A DNA stretch of 44,051 bases, from assembly GCA_039208735.1 (NCBI GenBank), contig JBCCQY010000065.1, forward strand, positions 1-44,051, in the 5' to 3' direction. Positions 18,772 through 29,098 of the stretch are shown piece by piece (the first letter of the stretch is position 1; each line of letters opens with the position of its first letter). Source of the stretch: Myxococcota bacterium (GTDB lineage Bacteria; Myxococcota_A; UBA796; GCA-2862545). The translations under genes were made by a program, and so were the position numbers. Below the pieces are notes generated by a model. The model did no database searches and was not told where the DNA came from. It saw nothing but the letters and a program-made list of their open reading frames with translations.

Positions 18772-20664
18772 ATGTGGCGAGCGTGGTGGGGATGGATCCT
18801 CGTTGGCGGATGTACGTACGTGACGCAGGCGGAGTACGACGCCCAGCTCCTGCAACGCGACGAGGATCTCGACGGAATCTCGGTGGCCGAGGGCGACTGT
18901 GACGACACCGATCCCGACGTTTTTCCAGGTCAGCTTGAAGTCCCCTACGACGGGATCGACAACGATTGCTTAGGCAATGGCGACCTGTCGGATGTCGACG
19001 GAGACGGCCGAGCTGCATTGATCGCAGGCGGCGATGACTGCGACGACCAGAACGCAGAGATCGGCCCAGGCATGCCCGACAAGCCCTACGACGGGATCGA
19101 CGCGGATTGCGCCCAGGACAACGACTTCGACTTCGACGGCGATGGGGTGATGGCCCTGCGCACCACCGAAGCCGAAGTTCGAGCCTACCAAGCCGCATCA
19201 GGGGCAATCTTCACCCCGGTATACGGTGATTGCGACGACCTCGACGTGTCAGTGTTCCCAGGCTCTCCCGAAGAGGTCCCTTACGACGGCATCGATTCCG
19301 ACTGCGACGGGGCGGACGATTTTGATGCGGACGGGGACGGGGTGCCGATTCCTGCCGACTGCCTCGACCAGGCCCGCGTCGAGCTTCCGCTCGCTCCCGA
19401 ACTCGCATACCCCGGAGCCTTCGACGAGCCGTACGACGGGGTTGACGCAGACTGTGCGTTGGACAACGACTTCGACGCTGATGGGGACGGGTTCATCCGC
19501 TCGATTGACCTCGCCGCCTACCAAACCTACGAGTCGATCTACGGGATTTCACTCGGTGCATTGCCGGGCGATTGTGATGACGCTCGGGGCTTCGTGAACC
19601 CCGATGGGCTCGAACGCCTTGGCGACACGCTCGATCAGAACTGCGACGGGGCCCTCGACCGCGCCACCTTCATCTTAGGAGGATTGGATGTGGTGGAGCC
19701 CCTCGCCCCGCGCATCGTGTCCACCGACGACGGGTTTGTGGCGGCCCTGAGTGCCACCGAGGTCACGGGACCCAACGGCACCCGCACCAATTCCGTCACG
19801 ATGCTGTTGATGGCTCCCGATCTTCAGGCCCGAGACTTGCCTTCGGTGGTCGACACGCCCATCGGTCCCCTCGCAGAACCGCCAGGCCCCGCCTTGGCGC
19901 TGACCCCCACCACGACAGGGGTTGGAGTGGGTCACATCTTCGGCTCGACCACGCTTACGGCAACCCTCGGCAGTCGCTCCGTGAGTGCAGGCACGTTGGG
20001 CACCTTCGCTGCGAACGAAAGCACGCTCACCGGCCCCCCTCCAGTCCAGGCCAGCGTGCGCAGCGTGTCCGACCAACTGCGGCTCGTGACCTGTGGGGGC
20101 ACGGATCTCACCGTGATCTCGGGCGGGTCATTCGACACGGTAGGGTTGACCTCACCGGTACGCACCTGTGTCCACGACGCAGAAGGCCAGGCGCTGGTGT
20201 GCACCGACGAGGGCTGTGAGCAGTTTCCCATCGGGGTAGGACCCTCGTTCGAAGCCCCGGTCCCGGTTCCCGACGCCATCGTGGCCGCTCGACAGGGACC
20301 GGTACTGCGAACCGAGCTGCTCGAGGGCGTCGATGGGGTGAGGCTCGTGAAAACGGGACTGCCCCCGTTCCGGGCCCTCGCCGCGGAGCGAGTCCAGGAT
20401 GCCGCGGCCGTCGAGAGTGAAGGCGAGTGGTTTGTCGCTGCCGTCACGGACCCTCAATACGGCGCGAACGAGCTTCGCATCCTCTGGGGCCCGTCCAACG
20501 GTCCACTCGACCAGGCGGTGCTCGATGCCTTCGATCCCGCACGGCCAAATCTCGAACCCATCGAAACCGCGATTGCCGCGAACGCCGATCGCATCATCGT
20601 TGTCGTGACACTCACCGATGGCGTCGACGATGCCTTCGCCTGGGCCGTGTTCGAGCGCACCTGA
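18772..20664 (+). CDS. Lipoprotein with five MopE-type putative metal-binding repeats
   Basis: Lipobox LVGGC. Five DCDD...PG...E..YDG(I/V)D.DC repeats interleaved with DxDGDG. Confidence 0.85.
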   Translation: MWRAWWGWILVGGCTYVTQAEYDAQLLQRDEDLDGISVAEGDCDDTDPDVFPGQLEVPYDGIDNDCLGNGDLSDVDGDGRAALIAGGDDCDDQNAEIGPGMPDKPYDGIDADCAQDNDFDFDGDGVMALRTTEAEVRAYQAASGAIFTPVYGDCDDLDVSVFPGSPEEVPYDGIDSDCDGADDFDADGDGVPIPADCLDQARVELPLAPELAYPGAFDEPYDGVDADCALDNDFDADGDGFIRSIDLAAYQTYESIYGISLGALPGDCDDARGFVNPDGLERLGDTLDQNCDGALDRATFILGGLDVVEPLAPRIVSTDDGFVAALSATEVTGPNGTRTNSVTMLLMAPDLQARDLPSVVDTPIGPLAEPPGPALALTPTTTGVGVGHIFGSTTLTATLGSRSVSAGTLGTFAANESTLTGPPPVQASVRSVSDQLRLVTCGGTDLTVISGGSFDTVGLTSPVRTCVHDAEGQALVCTDEGCEQFPIGVGPSFEAPVPVPDAIVAARQGPVLRTELLEGVDGVRLVKTGLPPFRALAAERVQDAAAVESEGEWFVAAVTDPQYGANELRILWGPSNGPLDQAVLDAFDPARPNLEPIETAIAANADRIIVVVTLTDGVDDAFAWAVFERT

Positions 20665-20666
20665 CG

Positions 20667-22115
20667 CTATTGCGAACACCCGGTTGACGTACAGGTGGCG
20701 ATGGTCGCAGCCCCCAGTACGGCATCGGCCCCACCTTCGGTGCGTAGATCCGAAGGTTGGTTGTCGTCGAATCCAACGCCAAAGTCCGCCCCATTGAGCG
20801 CCAGCACCGCGCCAGGCTCGACGTGAGCCCCGCCACTGGAGACGCGCGCGGCATTGCGCACCACGCGACTTGCGCCGTCCACCGTCCAGGACCCCCCGGC
20901 CACAAACAACCCTGCTCCCACGTCGGCGGTGTTCTCGACCACCTCTACGCCTTCCAGCGACACCTTACCGTCGAGGTGCAGCGCCCCTCCTTCGGTCCCC
21001 GCATCGTTGCTCGTCAGCGTGACGCCTTGGAGGGACAGGTCGGTGCCTACGTTCCCGGGGGCAAAGTCGGCGAAGAGCGCGCCACCCCGACCGTTGGCGG
21101 TGTTGCCGCGAAACTCGGTGTCCGTAAAGGCCACCGATGCATCCCCGGCTCCTGCTGCCCCCACGTCGTACGCAAAGGCCCCGCCACGGTCGCCCTCGTT
21201 GCCTGCCACGACGCCACCGCTCATCGAAAACGCCAGGATGCCCGAGGTACGGAGTGCACTCTGGTCGGCTAGCCCCGACCCGTTGCTCCTCACCTCCGTG
21301 TTCACCAAGACCACCGTCTGCGGCCGCACGCTGGTGAGCTGCAGCGCAATGCCCGCATCCCGCAACAGGCTGTCGGCGATGTCGATGGTAGAGGCGTCCG
21401 TCGCCGAGGCCGTACTGATGAGGGTCCCGGAACCCGTCCCCCGCAGGGTGAGGTCGCGAAGCACCAGCTCTCCACCGATGACCGTGAACATCGCGGGCCC
21501 TCCTTCGAGGGTCACCCGCGATGCTCCGATGCCCTGAAGGGTCAGTCGCTCACCGGAGCGCAGCGTGGCGTTGGCCAGGGGGTGCACGCCATCGCACAAC
21601 GAGAGGGGCTGGTCCCCCAAGATGGCCGCAATCACCCCGTCGATCACCGCGTCATGGGTCTGCCCGTCGGGCGTGGTTGCCACATGCCCTCCGTCATCGA
21701 CGTTGGCATTGCAATCGTTGTCTAGGCCATCACACAACTCGAACGCCCCGGGAAACACCGTTGCATCGGTGTCATCACAGTCCATAGACTCGCGTGACCA
21801 TCCCCCGGCCTTCGCATCCGGCCATTCGGGACAAGCGAACCGAACCCCGGCGTCCCGTCCGAATCCATCGCCATCGGTGTCGGGAAACCACGCCACGTTG
21901 CCCACACCTAGGTCATCAACCATGCCGTCGCAGTTGTTGTCGAGCCCATCGCCGCACTGCTCGGGCGCCCCGGGAAACACCTCGGGCCGCCCATCGTCGC
22001 AGTCATCGCCCCCCGCCTCCATGTCCCCAAAGCCATCGTCGTCTTGGTCGAGGGCATCTTCGAGTTCGCGCTGCGTCACACACGCGACGACGAATCCCAC
22101 GAGCATCGTCCGCAC
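20667..22115 (-). CDS. Lipoprotein with MopE-type repeats and right-handed beta-helix (GGA/FxxN repeats)
   Basis: Lipobox VVAC, two DCDD...DGLDNxC repeats, and repeated N.A..GGA(L/F) units. Confidence 0.85.
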   Translation of the reverse strand: MRTMLVGFVVACVTQRELEDALDQDDDGFGDMEAGGDDCDDGRPEVFPGAPEQCGDGLDNNCDGMVDDLGVGNVAWFPDTDGDGFGRDAGVRFACPEWPDAKAGGWSRESMDCDDTDATVFPGAFELCDGLDNDCNANVDDGGHVATTPDGQTHDAVIDGVIAAILGDQPLSLCDGVHPLANATLRSGERLTLQGIGASRVTLEGGPAMFTVIGGELVLRDLTLRGTGSGTLISTASATDASTIDIADSLLRDAGIALQLTSVRPQTVVLVNTEVRSNGSGLADQSALRTSGILAFSMSGGVVAGNEGDRGGAFAYDVGAAGAGDASVAFTDTEFRGNTANGRGGALFADFAPGNVGTDLSLQGVTLTSNDAGTEGGALHLDGKVSLEGVEVVENTADVGAGLFVAGGSWTVDGASRVVRNAARVSSGGAHVEPGAVLALNGADFGVGFDDNQPSDLRTEGGADAVLGAATIATCTSTGCSQ

Positions 22116-22159
22116 AACCGCCCCTTTGCCGAGTTGGCGCTCCTAACCCGGCCCTGGGA

Positions 22160-22780
22160 CTACGGGGTGCAGTCGATCGATTCGAAGACCGCATCCTCGA
22201 CCGGCAGGAAGAAGACCAGCGACAGCACGTCACGTTCCCGCGACCCTTCGTTGAGCAACGCAGCCATCTCGCTGCGTTCAAGGCAGCCGATGTCCCAGTT
22301 CGAGACATGGTCGACCGAAAGGCCACACTGGCCATCGGAGCGACAACAGCCGAACAGGTCGAGGAAGTTGGGAAACTCGTCGGGACATTCCGTGGATGGA
22401 ACGCCGCGTTCGCCATCCCGCGGGATGCACTGTTCGCCAAAGATGAAGTCCGATTGGCTGCCACAGGCATCCGTTGCCGTACAACAATGCTTGGCGCCCG
22501 CCTCAGTTACATCATCGCCGCGGTAGGGTGGACACTCCACTTCGCCCGAGGGCAGCTGACAGACCATGGGCTCGGGTTCGGGGAGAGGCACGAACAGACC
22601 TTCGCCATCGGAGGCACAGCCACACGTGGAAAACCCCTCGGGCGGTGCCACGCAGCTCTGGAGCCCCGGCGAGCCGTCCGCGCAGGTGCACGCCACCGTC
22701 TCGCCAATCGAACACCCCGTGGCCACCCCAGGAGCCTCGTCGCCACCGCACGCGAACACCGTCATGAAGAGCGTGATCAT
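22160..22780 (-). CDS. Cysteine-rich lipoprotein
   Basis: Lipobox VFAC and 19 Cys. ATGA overlap with the upstream DUF1552 gene. Confidence 0.75.
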   Translation of the reverse strand: MITLFMTVFACGGDEAPGVATGCSIGETVACTCADGSPGLQSCVAPPEGFSTCGCASDGEGLFVPLPEPEPMVCQLPSGEVECPPYRGDDVTEAGAKHCCTATDACGSQSDFIFGEQCIPRDGERGVPSTECPDEFPNFLDLFGCCRSDGQCGLSVDHVSNWDIGCLERSEMAALLNEGSRERDVLSLVFFLPVEDAVFESIDCTP

Positions 22781-24054
22781 GCCCACAACTCCTCGATGGG
22801 ACCCCGATCGTCGCCGAAATCTCCGAGGGCATCGACCTCCTCGATGCCCAACCCGCGCAACATCGACACGAGCATGCGGGTGTGCCGCGGCGGCTCCTCG
22901 AATGCGACAAAGCGATTCCCCGGGAACACGCCACCGCCACCGAGGATGACCGGAATGCGTTCGTTGAGATGGTTGCCCACGGCCATCTCGGTGTTCCAGA
23001 CCACGAGCGTCTCGTCGAGTAAGCTCCCGCCCGCCGAACCCGGCATGGCGGAGAACGTGTCGAGCAGGCTCGCCAGCTGGCCCACGAACCAGGCGTTGAT
23101 GGACTGCTTTTCTGGCCCCGTGCCCGTGTGCATCACGGTGTGCACGGCAGGCAGCCCCAGACCCGGCAGCTCCGTCGCACTCGTCGAGTGCGACAGTTGG
23201 AGGCTCGCCACTCGGGTCGCCCCACAGGTAAAGGCCGCGGCGATGAGATCGGTCTGCAAGGCAGCGATGTCACCAAAGAACTCCCCCGCCGTCAGCAGCT
23301 GTGAGCGCGTCAAGCCATGGGGCGACGGTTCAACCTCACAAGTCAGCGTCGACAGACCATCGAGCCTACGTTCGATGTTCCGAATGGCGTCGAGGTGAGC
23401 GTCGAGACGGTTCTGGTCCGCAGTTCCATAAATGGGACGCACCTTCGCGAGACGGTCCTTCACCAAATCGAGCACGCTGCCGCGCTCGGCTCGCCGCTGC
23501 TTGGCCGCTGCGGGGTCGCTCGTGCTCGCTTCGAAGAGCCGCGAGAACGCGGCGTCCGGATCATCTTCGGCGGGCAACGGGATGTCTGGCGCGGCGTAGC
23601 ACATAACAGTGCTGTTGGAGATGCCGGAACTGAGCGCCTGCACGCCCAACTCGAGCGACCGGACCGGCGTTCCCACCGAAAGCGTATCGGCCGCGATTTG
23701 GTCGATGGAGCGATGCTGGGCGAAGCCCTCCGCCCCCTCGATCGAAGACCCGGTCCACATCGACACCATGCCCTGGTTGTGGGCGAGGATTTCGTTGGTG
23801 ATCCCCCCTCGCGTCCCCGAAACGAACACCAGCCGTTCGCGGTGACGCTCCAGGGCCTGGAGCGTGGGCGACAACGTGAACGAAGTCTCGGTTCCCACGG
23901 GCTCCCACCCCGACTCGAGGCCGTTCGGGTGGTAGATGAGCAGCAGGTTCTGCGGCCGTCCGGTCGCGGCGCGGGCCTCGCCGCCAAAGGGCAAGAACGG
24001 ACAAAGAAAGGCTCCGGCTCCAATGGCCCGAAGCAGGTCACGTCTCGAGTTCAT
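22777..24054 (-). CDS. DUF1552 (HXXSHH) family protein, Tat-exported
   Basis: Tat motif SRRDLL, plus YHPNG, SIDQIAA, SLELGV, CGATRVASLQ and SLLDETLVVW. Confidence 0.9.
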   Translation of the reverse strand: MNSRRDLLRAIGAGAFLCPFLPFGGEARAATGRPQNLLLIYHPNGLESGWEPVGTETSFTLSPTLQALERHRERLVFVSGTRGGITNEILAHNQGMVSMWTGSSIEGAEGFAQHRSIDQIAADTLSVGTPVRSLELGVQALSSGISNSTVMCYAAPDIPLPAEDDPDAAFSRLFEASTSDPAAAKQRRAERGSVLDLVKDRLAKVRPIYGTADQNRLDAHLDAIRNIERRLDGLSTLTCEVEPSPHGLTRSQLLTAGEFFGDIAALQTDLIAAAFTCGATRVASLQLSHSTSATELPGLGLPAVHTVMHTGTGPEKQSINAWFVGQLASLLDTFSAMPGSAGGSLLDETLVVWNTEMAVGNHLNERIPVILGGGGVFPGNRFVAFEEPPRHTRMLVSMLRGLGIEEVDALGDFGDDRGPIEELWA

Positions 24055-25616
24055 GGGGTCTCCCCGGGCAAGGCGCGCGACCGAAAGGCCTCACTGGTCA
24101 CGATGGCGATGAGCAAAGCGCGCAGGTCGCCCCCGGTCGCGGCGAACCGTGCGTCCAACGCATCAAGGGTGGTCTCGTCCCGCTCCTCGTCATCACGGCC
24201 CCAAGCGAACCGCGCCCACTGAGTCACCAGGCAGCGCCGGACTTCTTCGCTGTTCGCTGCGGCCTTCACGAAGGTCACGGCATCGGCGTACGGGCCGTCG
24301 AGGTCCGATACGAGCTGCACGGTGTCGGCCGCGTCCACGGGCTGCCCTTCTTCTGGGGCAAAGGTGCGATAGTTGCCGAGGGTGCCGTAATGCTCGAAGA
24401 GGAATCCCAGCGGGTCGATGGCCTGGTGACACCCCGCACACACGGGTTCGGTCTGGTGCTGGGCGAACTGCTCGCGCTTGGTCAGCGATTCGCCTTGTTC
24501 GACCACGATGGGCGTCAGATCGACGTCGGCGGGAGGACCCCCGAGTTCGCGACAGAACACCCGCTCGTAGACAAACAGGCCTCGGTGGATGGGTGAGGTG
24601 GTCGCCAGGTGGGCATGGGCCGCCTGCACCCCTGGCAATGTGAGCACGCCGGCGCGCTCGGTGGGCGACACGCCGACCGGGCCATCGCCCTCGGTGGGCT
24701 GAAGCCCGTAGACCGCCCAAAGCGGCCCCGACGGAAAGGCCACCGGCGTCGTGAGCAGGGACTCCATGGTGCCCGGGCCGTCGGTGTAGACATAGGCCAC
24801 GAAGCGGTCGAGTTCCTCCTGCATCGCAGCCACCAGGGTGTCATCCCACAATGGGAACCGCTCGCGGTCTTTGTCGACGCGCGGCAACTCGTCGAAGTTC
24901 AGCCACTGCCGATAGAACGCTTGGATGCGGACCAGCGCACGGCTCGAGGTGAGGAGGCGTCGAGCCTCGGCATCGACGCCCGCTGGCGTGTCCAGACGGC
25001 CTTCTGCGGCGGCTTCGAGGAGTGCCGCATCCGGGGTTGTACCCCACAGAAAGTAGGAGAGTCGGGCGGCTACACTGAAGCCATCGAGGACGACCGTGTC
25101 GCCTTGCACTTCGCCCGTTTCCACCAGGTAGAGGAAGTCGGGCGACTGCAGGACCGCCTCGACCACGAGGCCTAGCCCACGTTCGGGCTCGGAGGCCACA
25201 TCGAACACGGCCCGCAACGCGTCGCGATCTTCGACGGTCAATGGGCGACGCCAGGCCGCGGCGCCGAAGGAGTCGATGAAGCCTTCGACGCAGGCCCCCT
25301 CGGCCACCGAACACTCCACGACGGCATCGGGGTTCCGGGTGACCCATCCGCCACTCGTCTGCGCGGCGGCGGCGTACTGTTCGGCCGCGAGCGGACTCAC
25401 CGATGAGCGCACGTTGGCCAGAAACGCGCCCACCACGTCGTCGGCCGGGAGATTGAGGTTCGCCGCCTCCACCCCTAGCAGATCGCCCACAGTGTTTCGG
25501 TACTCAGCTTGGGACAGCCGCCTTAGGGGCGACGGCGCAAAGGTCACGGGCCCGGTTTCGGGGGGGACGTCGGGGGCCTGCGATAGGCACCCCACGAGCG
25601 CAAACAACGCGATCAT
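24051..25616 (-). CDS. DUF1587/1595/1592/1588/1585 multidomain cytochrome-like lipoprotein
   Basis: Motifs LRRLSQAEYRNTVGDLLG, VLQSPDFLY, AARLSYFLW..TPD, SPIHRG and heme motif CAGCH. ATGA overlap with the GH43 stop. Confidence 0.92.
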   Translation of the reverse strand: MIALFALVGCLSQAPDVPPETGPVTFAPSPLRRLSQAEYRNTVGDLLGVEAANLNLPADDVVGAFLANVRSSVSPLAAEQYAAAAQTSGGWVTRNPDAVVECSVAEGACVEGFIDSFGAAAWRRPLTVEDRDALRAVFDVASEPERGLGLVVEAVLQSPDFLYLVETGEVQGDTVVLDGFSVAARLSYFLWGTTPDAALLEAAAEGRLDTPAGVDAEARRLLTSSRALVRIQAFYRQWLNFDELPRVDKDRERFPLWDDTLVAAMQEELDRFVAYVYTDGPGTMESLLTTPVAFPSGPLWAVYGLQPTEGDGPVGVSPTERAGVLTLPGVQAAHAHLATTSPIHRGLFVYERVFCRELGGPPADVDLTPIVVEQGESLTKREQFAQHQTEPVCAGCHQAIDPLGFLFEHYGTLGNYRTFAPEEGQPVDAADTVQLVSDLDGPYADAVTFVKAAANSEEVRRCLVTQWARFAWGRDDEERDETTLDALDARFAATGGDLRALLIAIVTSEAFRSRALPGETP

Positions 25617-26722
25617 GGTTCGGTTCCTCCAGGGACGACGACGGGGGTAGTGGCGCCGGTAGGTCCGTCGAGCACCGGTCCCGATGGGGTCCACACGACG
25701 CGGTTGACGTGAAGCGCTCGGTCGTCGCCACAGCCCAGAAAGGAGGCCGTGGCGGCGTGGTACACAAGCCAATCCTCGGTGCCATCGGGGGACGCCACGA
25801 AGCTTGGCTGTCCCAATCCCCAAGCACTCTCAACCGGCTCGGCCTCCGCCCAAGGGCCCACCGTGCGCGACCACGCAGTGGCCTCGGTGACCGAGGCACT
25901 GACGTCTTGGACGAGGGCCCCAAGCGCACGCTCGGCTGCGATACAGCTGCTCGCTGCGTAAACGAGCAGCCGCGTATCGCCTCGTTCGACGATGGACGGT
26001 CCCTCCACCGTCGACGACACGGCGGTCTCCCACGGCTCCTCGGCCGTGAGCAACTCGACGCCCGGCCCCTCCACCGTGAAAGCATCGATCATCTCGGTCA
26101 CGAACAGATGGCTTCCGAAGTCCACTCCAGCCCGCTTGCCGGCCCAGAGGAGGTACCGCGTACCGCTGGCCTCAAAGATGCTCGGGTGAACCGCCACCGC
26201 ATCCTGATCGGGCACCTCAATCGGGCCCCGATGGGTCCAGGTCGCGGTCCAAGGATCGTCGGAGTCCGCTTCGAGGGCCCAAATGCGGTAATTCTGCGAC
26301 AGACCGAGAAACGAGACGTCGGTGGCCGAGTAGTAGATGACGAAGCGCCCGTCGATGAGGTGGAGTTCAGGACCCCACAAGTCGGCGGAGTGCAAGGTGT
26401 CGGGCGGGGGAACCCACAGCACCTTTTCCTCGGCCCCCTCCCCGAGTTCGAGGATGGATGGGGCACGTCGGAGCACGATTTCCGTGCCCGGGCTGTAGAC
26501 GAGGTACGCCTCATCGTTGTGGAGGCGAATGTGCGGGTCGGGCGTACCCAACGCGACCGGATTCAAAAAGGTCGGCGTTTCCGGGCCCATCGCCGTGTCG
26601 ACCGGTTCGGTGGGGTCGGCAAGGACCGGATCCGCATCCTCTTGCGTCGCGATGTCCGGCGGTGACGTGGGGTCGAACGGTGGCGGGGCTTCGCCACACG
26701 CCCAAAGGAGCATGAGAACCAT
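25613..26722 (-). CDS. GH43 glycoside hydrolase (arabinofuranosidase-like) lipoprotein
   Basis: Motifs PDP, LWGPELH, IYYSA, EGP, YAAS and SPDGTEDWLVYHA. Lipobox LWAC. Confidence 0.88.
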   Translation of the reverse strand: MVLMLLWACGEAPPPFDPTSPPDIATQEDADPVLADPTEPVDTAMGPETPTFLNPVALGTPDPHIRLHNDEAYLVYSPGTEIVLRRAPSILELGEGAEEKVLWVPPPDTLHSADLWGPELHLIDGRFVIYYSATDVSFLGLSQNYRIWALEADSDDPWTATWTHRGPIEVPDQDAVAVHPSIFEASGTRYLLWAGKRAGVDFGSHLFVTEMIDAFTVEGPGVELLTAEEPWETAVSSTVEGPSIVERGDTRLLVYAASSCIAAERALGALVQDVSASVTEATAWSRTVGPWAEAEPVESAWGLGQPSFVASPDGTEDWLVYHAATASFLGCGDDRALHVNRVVWTPSGPVLDGPTGATTPVVVPGGTEP

Positions 26723-26787
26723 GGGAACTCCGGGGGGTCCGGTGCGCTGCTCCCTTGGACCCCCAAGTCCCCTGGACCGAAAAGCGT

Positions 26788-28446
26788 TTAGGGCGCCTGC
26801 ACCAACAAACAGCCGTCATCGGTGCAAAGGACGCTCACATCCAGGCCCAACGCCTCATGGTTGGCTTCAAGACCCAGCGCCCGAATGAACACATCGCCCG
26901 GCTGGTTGTCGTTGTTGATGCCGCCCGAATCACTGTCGTCAATGCCAAAGCTGCTGGTGGTCGCCTGAAGCATCGCCCGGTCGTTGAGGAACGCGGCGCC
27001 ACCAAGGCCCGCGAACGCCGGCTCGACCACCTCGGGCAATGGCGGCAGAGGCGCCTTCTTCGTGGCAGGCGGAAATTCGGGAATGGCTTCATTCAGCGTG
27101 AACACCGCGTCGACCATGTCGACATCGCTGTCGGACTCGAGAAACACGCCGGCCCCCTGAATCGCCTGGTTGGCATCGACGGTTGAGGCCTCGAGGGTCA
27201 TGAACGCGCCGGAAGGAACATGCAGGCCGCCCCCGAGCGCCGCTTCGTTGCGCGCAATGACGAGCCCCGACAGGAATCCACCGCCCGCCACCGCGCCCCC
27301 GACCTCAAGGGCCACGTTTTCGATCAGAGCCACATTGTTGCCTGTGCCTTCGAGTGCGGAGAAGCCGAACACGTCCATCGAGACGGCCCCGCCAATCGCC
27401 GCAGTGTTGTTCTGCAGCGTGGCGTCGGCCATGGTCATGGCACTGTTGATGAGGTCGACGGCGCCCCCAAAGTCGCTTGCCGTGTTGCCTTCGAACACGA
27501 CCTGCTCGAGTTCCCAGGTGCCAAGCACGCTGTAGATGGCGCCGCCCGATTCGGTGGCCTGATTTCCGCTAAAGCTGAGGTCACCGCGCAGCTCAAGGGC
27601 CCGACTCGCGAGCTGGGCGCCCGGACGGTTCACAAGCGCAATCGCTCCGCCCCGCGTCGCCTGGTTGTTCGAGAAGCTGCTCGAGGACTGCTTGCTCGCT
27701 TCGATCACGATGTCGAACGCCCGGCCTTCTGCAAGAATGGCCCCGCCGAAGCTCGGCACGATGTTGTTCGTGAACATCGTTCCCTGGATGGTGAGATCCA
27801 CCCCGTTGGCGTCCTCGACGATGAGTACGCCACCACCGGGGTTTGCATCGACCCGGCTGTCGAGGAGGGTGAGCACACTCTCGCCATCCAGCACGAACGC
27901 ACGGTTGCCGGAGTCCGTAACGGTGATGCCTTCGACGGTCAGCGTGGCATCCCCCGTCATGTCGACGAGCGTGCCGCGACTCACCGCGCGAAGGACGGTC
28001 TCATCACGGCCCGAGACCCCACGCAGGGTCAGCTGATCGTCGGCATCCAGTTCGATCCGCGCCACCGTGAAATCCCCGGCGCAAACGTCGACCGTCGTTC
28101 CGGGGACCTCGACCGCAGCCGCGATGGCCTCGTCGAGGGTCTTGTAGAGGGTGCCGCCCGCGTCATCGACAATCGAAGCCACCCCCGGTCCGTCATCGGC
28201 CACGTCGGTGCAGTTGTTGTCGAGGCCATCGCACAGTTCAAGCGCATCCGGATTGATGGAGGGGTCGGTGTCGTCACAGTCCTGCGAAGCCACAAACCCG
28301 TCCTTGTCGGCGTCCACCTCGGGTTCGGTTCCCGTGTCCCCCGTCAGCGGCGGCGCAGGCAGCAGGTCGGTCGGAGTACCCTTCTCTTCATCTGGCAACT
28401 CACACCCACTCCCCAGGATTCCGAACACGAGCCACTGCAATCGCAT
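26788..28446 (-). CDS. Lipoprotein with MopE-type repeat and right-handed beta-helix
   Basis: Lipobox LGSGC, DCDDTDPSINPDALELCDGLDNNC, and multiple FxxN.A..GGAI repeats. Confidence 0.85.
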   Translation of the reverse strand: MRLQWLVFGILGSGCELPDEEKGTPTDLLPAPPLTGDTGTEPEVDADKDGFVASQDCDDTDPSINPDALELCDGLDNNCTDVADDGPGVASIVDDAGGTLYKTLDEAIAAAVEVPGTTVDVCAGDFTVARIELDADDQLTLRGVSGRDETVLRAVSRGTLVDMTGDATLTVEGITVTDSGNRAFVLDGESVLTLLDSRVDANPGGGVLIVEDANGVDLTIQGTMFTNNIVPSFGGAILAEGRAFDIVIEASKQSSSSFSNNQATRGGAIALVNRPGAQLASRALELRGDLSFSGNQATESGGAIYSVLGTWELEQVVFEGNTASDFGGAVDLINSAMTMADATLQNNTAAIGGAVSMDVFGFSALEGTGNNVALIENVALEVGGAVAGGGFLSGLVIARNEAALGGGLHVPSGAFMTLEASTVDANQAIQGAGVFLESDSDVDMVDAVFTLNEAIPEFPPATKKAPLPPLPEVVEPAFAGLGGAAFLNDRAMLQATTSSFGIDDSDSGGINNDNQPGDVFIRALGLEANHEALGLDVSVLCTDDGCLLVQAP

Positions 28447-28507
28447 CTTGCCTCCGGCTGCTCACGACATCGTAGTTTCATAGACACCGACCGCATAGCA
28501 AAACGCC

Positions 28508-29032
28508 CTACGGAGAAAACGATTCGCGGACCCACGGACTGTTCGCCGCACGGTTCCGCCATGCTTCGATGGCTTCCTCGTCGGCGAGGAAAGCCGAAAG
28601 TCGCTCTCCTAATGCCTGCACCGGGGCCATCGCCTGCTCCCAAGCCTCTTGCGTCTCGAGGCTCGACCGGGCAAATCCCGCGTCAGCTCGATCCGCTTCG
28701 TCAAACTGCGCCGACCAGGGCACCGTCACCAGCTCGACCACCGGATGGTCATCGTCTTCGATCGGCAAACGGGCCACCTCGTAGGCTCCCTCTGGGCCAA
28801 ACCGCATCGCCACGATGCCCGGGGGCCACTCCACCAGCCACCACACCTGTGCGCCATCGACCACATAGACGAACCGCGCTTCGGTGGTGAGCAAGACCGC
28901 AGGCCCGAACTGGTAGTCGTCCTCCGCCAAAGGGGCGAGGGCCGGAGCCACCGTTTCGTGCAGAAACCGCTGTGCTTCCGGTGCGACAGCGGCTTCGAGC
29001 ATGTGGTGGTCATCCCAGATGACGGCGTACAA
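28508..29032 (-). CDS. Hypothetical protein
   Basis: 174 aa ORF with GGAGG RBS before a TTG start and normal composition. Confidence 0.65.
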   Translation of the reverse strand: MYAVIWDDHHMLEAAVAPEAQRFLHETVAPALAPLAEDDYQFGPAVLLTTEARFVYVVDGAQVWWLVEWPPGIVAMRFGPEGAYEVARLPIEDDDHPVVELVTVPWSAQFDEADRADAGFARSSLETQEAWEQAMAPVQALGERLSAFLADEEAIEAWRNRAANSPWVRESFSP

Positions 29033-29098
29033 GGGTCCCTCCCCCGTGGGCGGCCGGGGCGTTTGTGTCTAGATTCAGATCAAGTCCAGGAGACCCCG

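Noticed and set aside
18890..19660. Repeated DNA motifs (TACGACGGGATCGAC-like) as CRISPR
   Set aside because: These are in-frame protein repeats with degenerate codons, and there are no cas genes.
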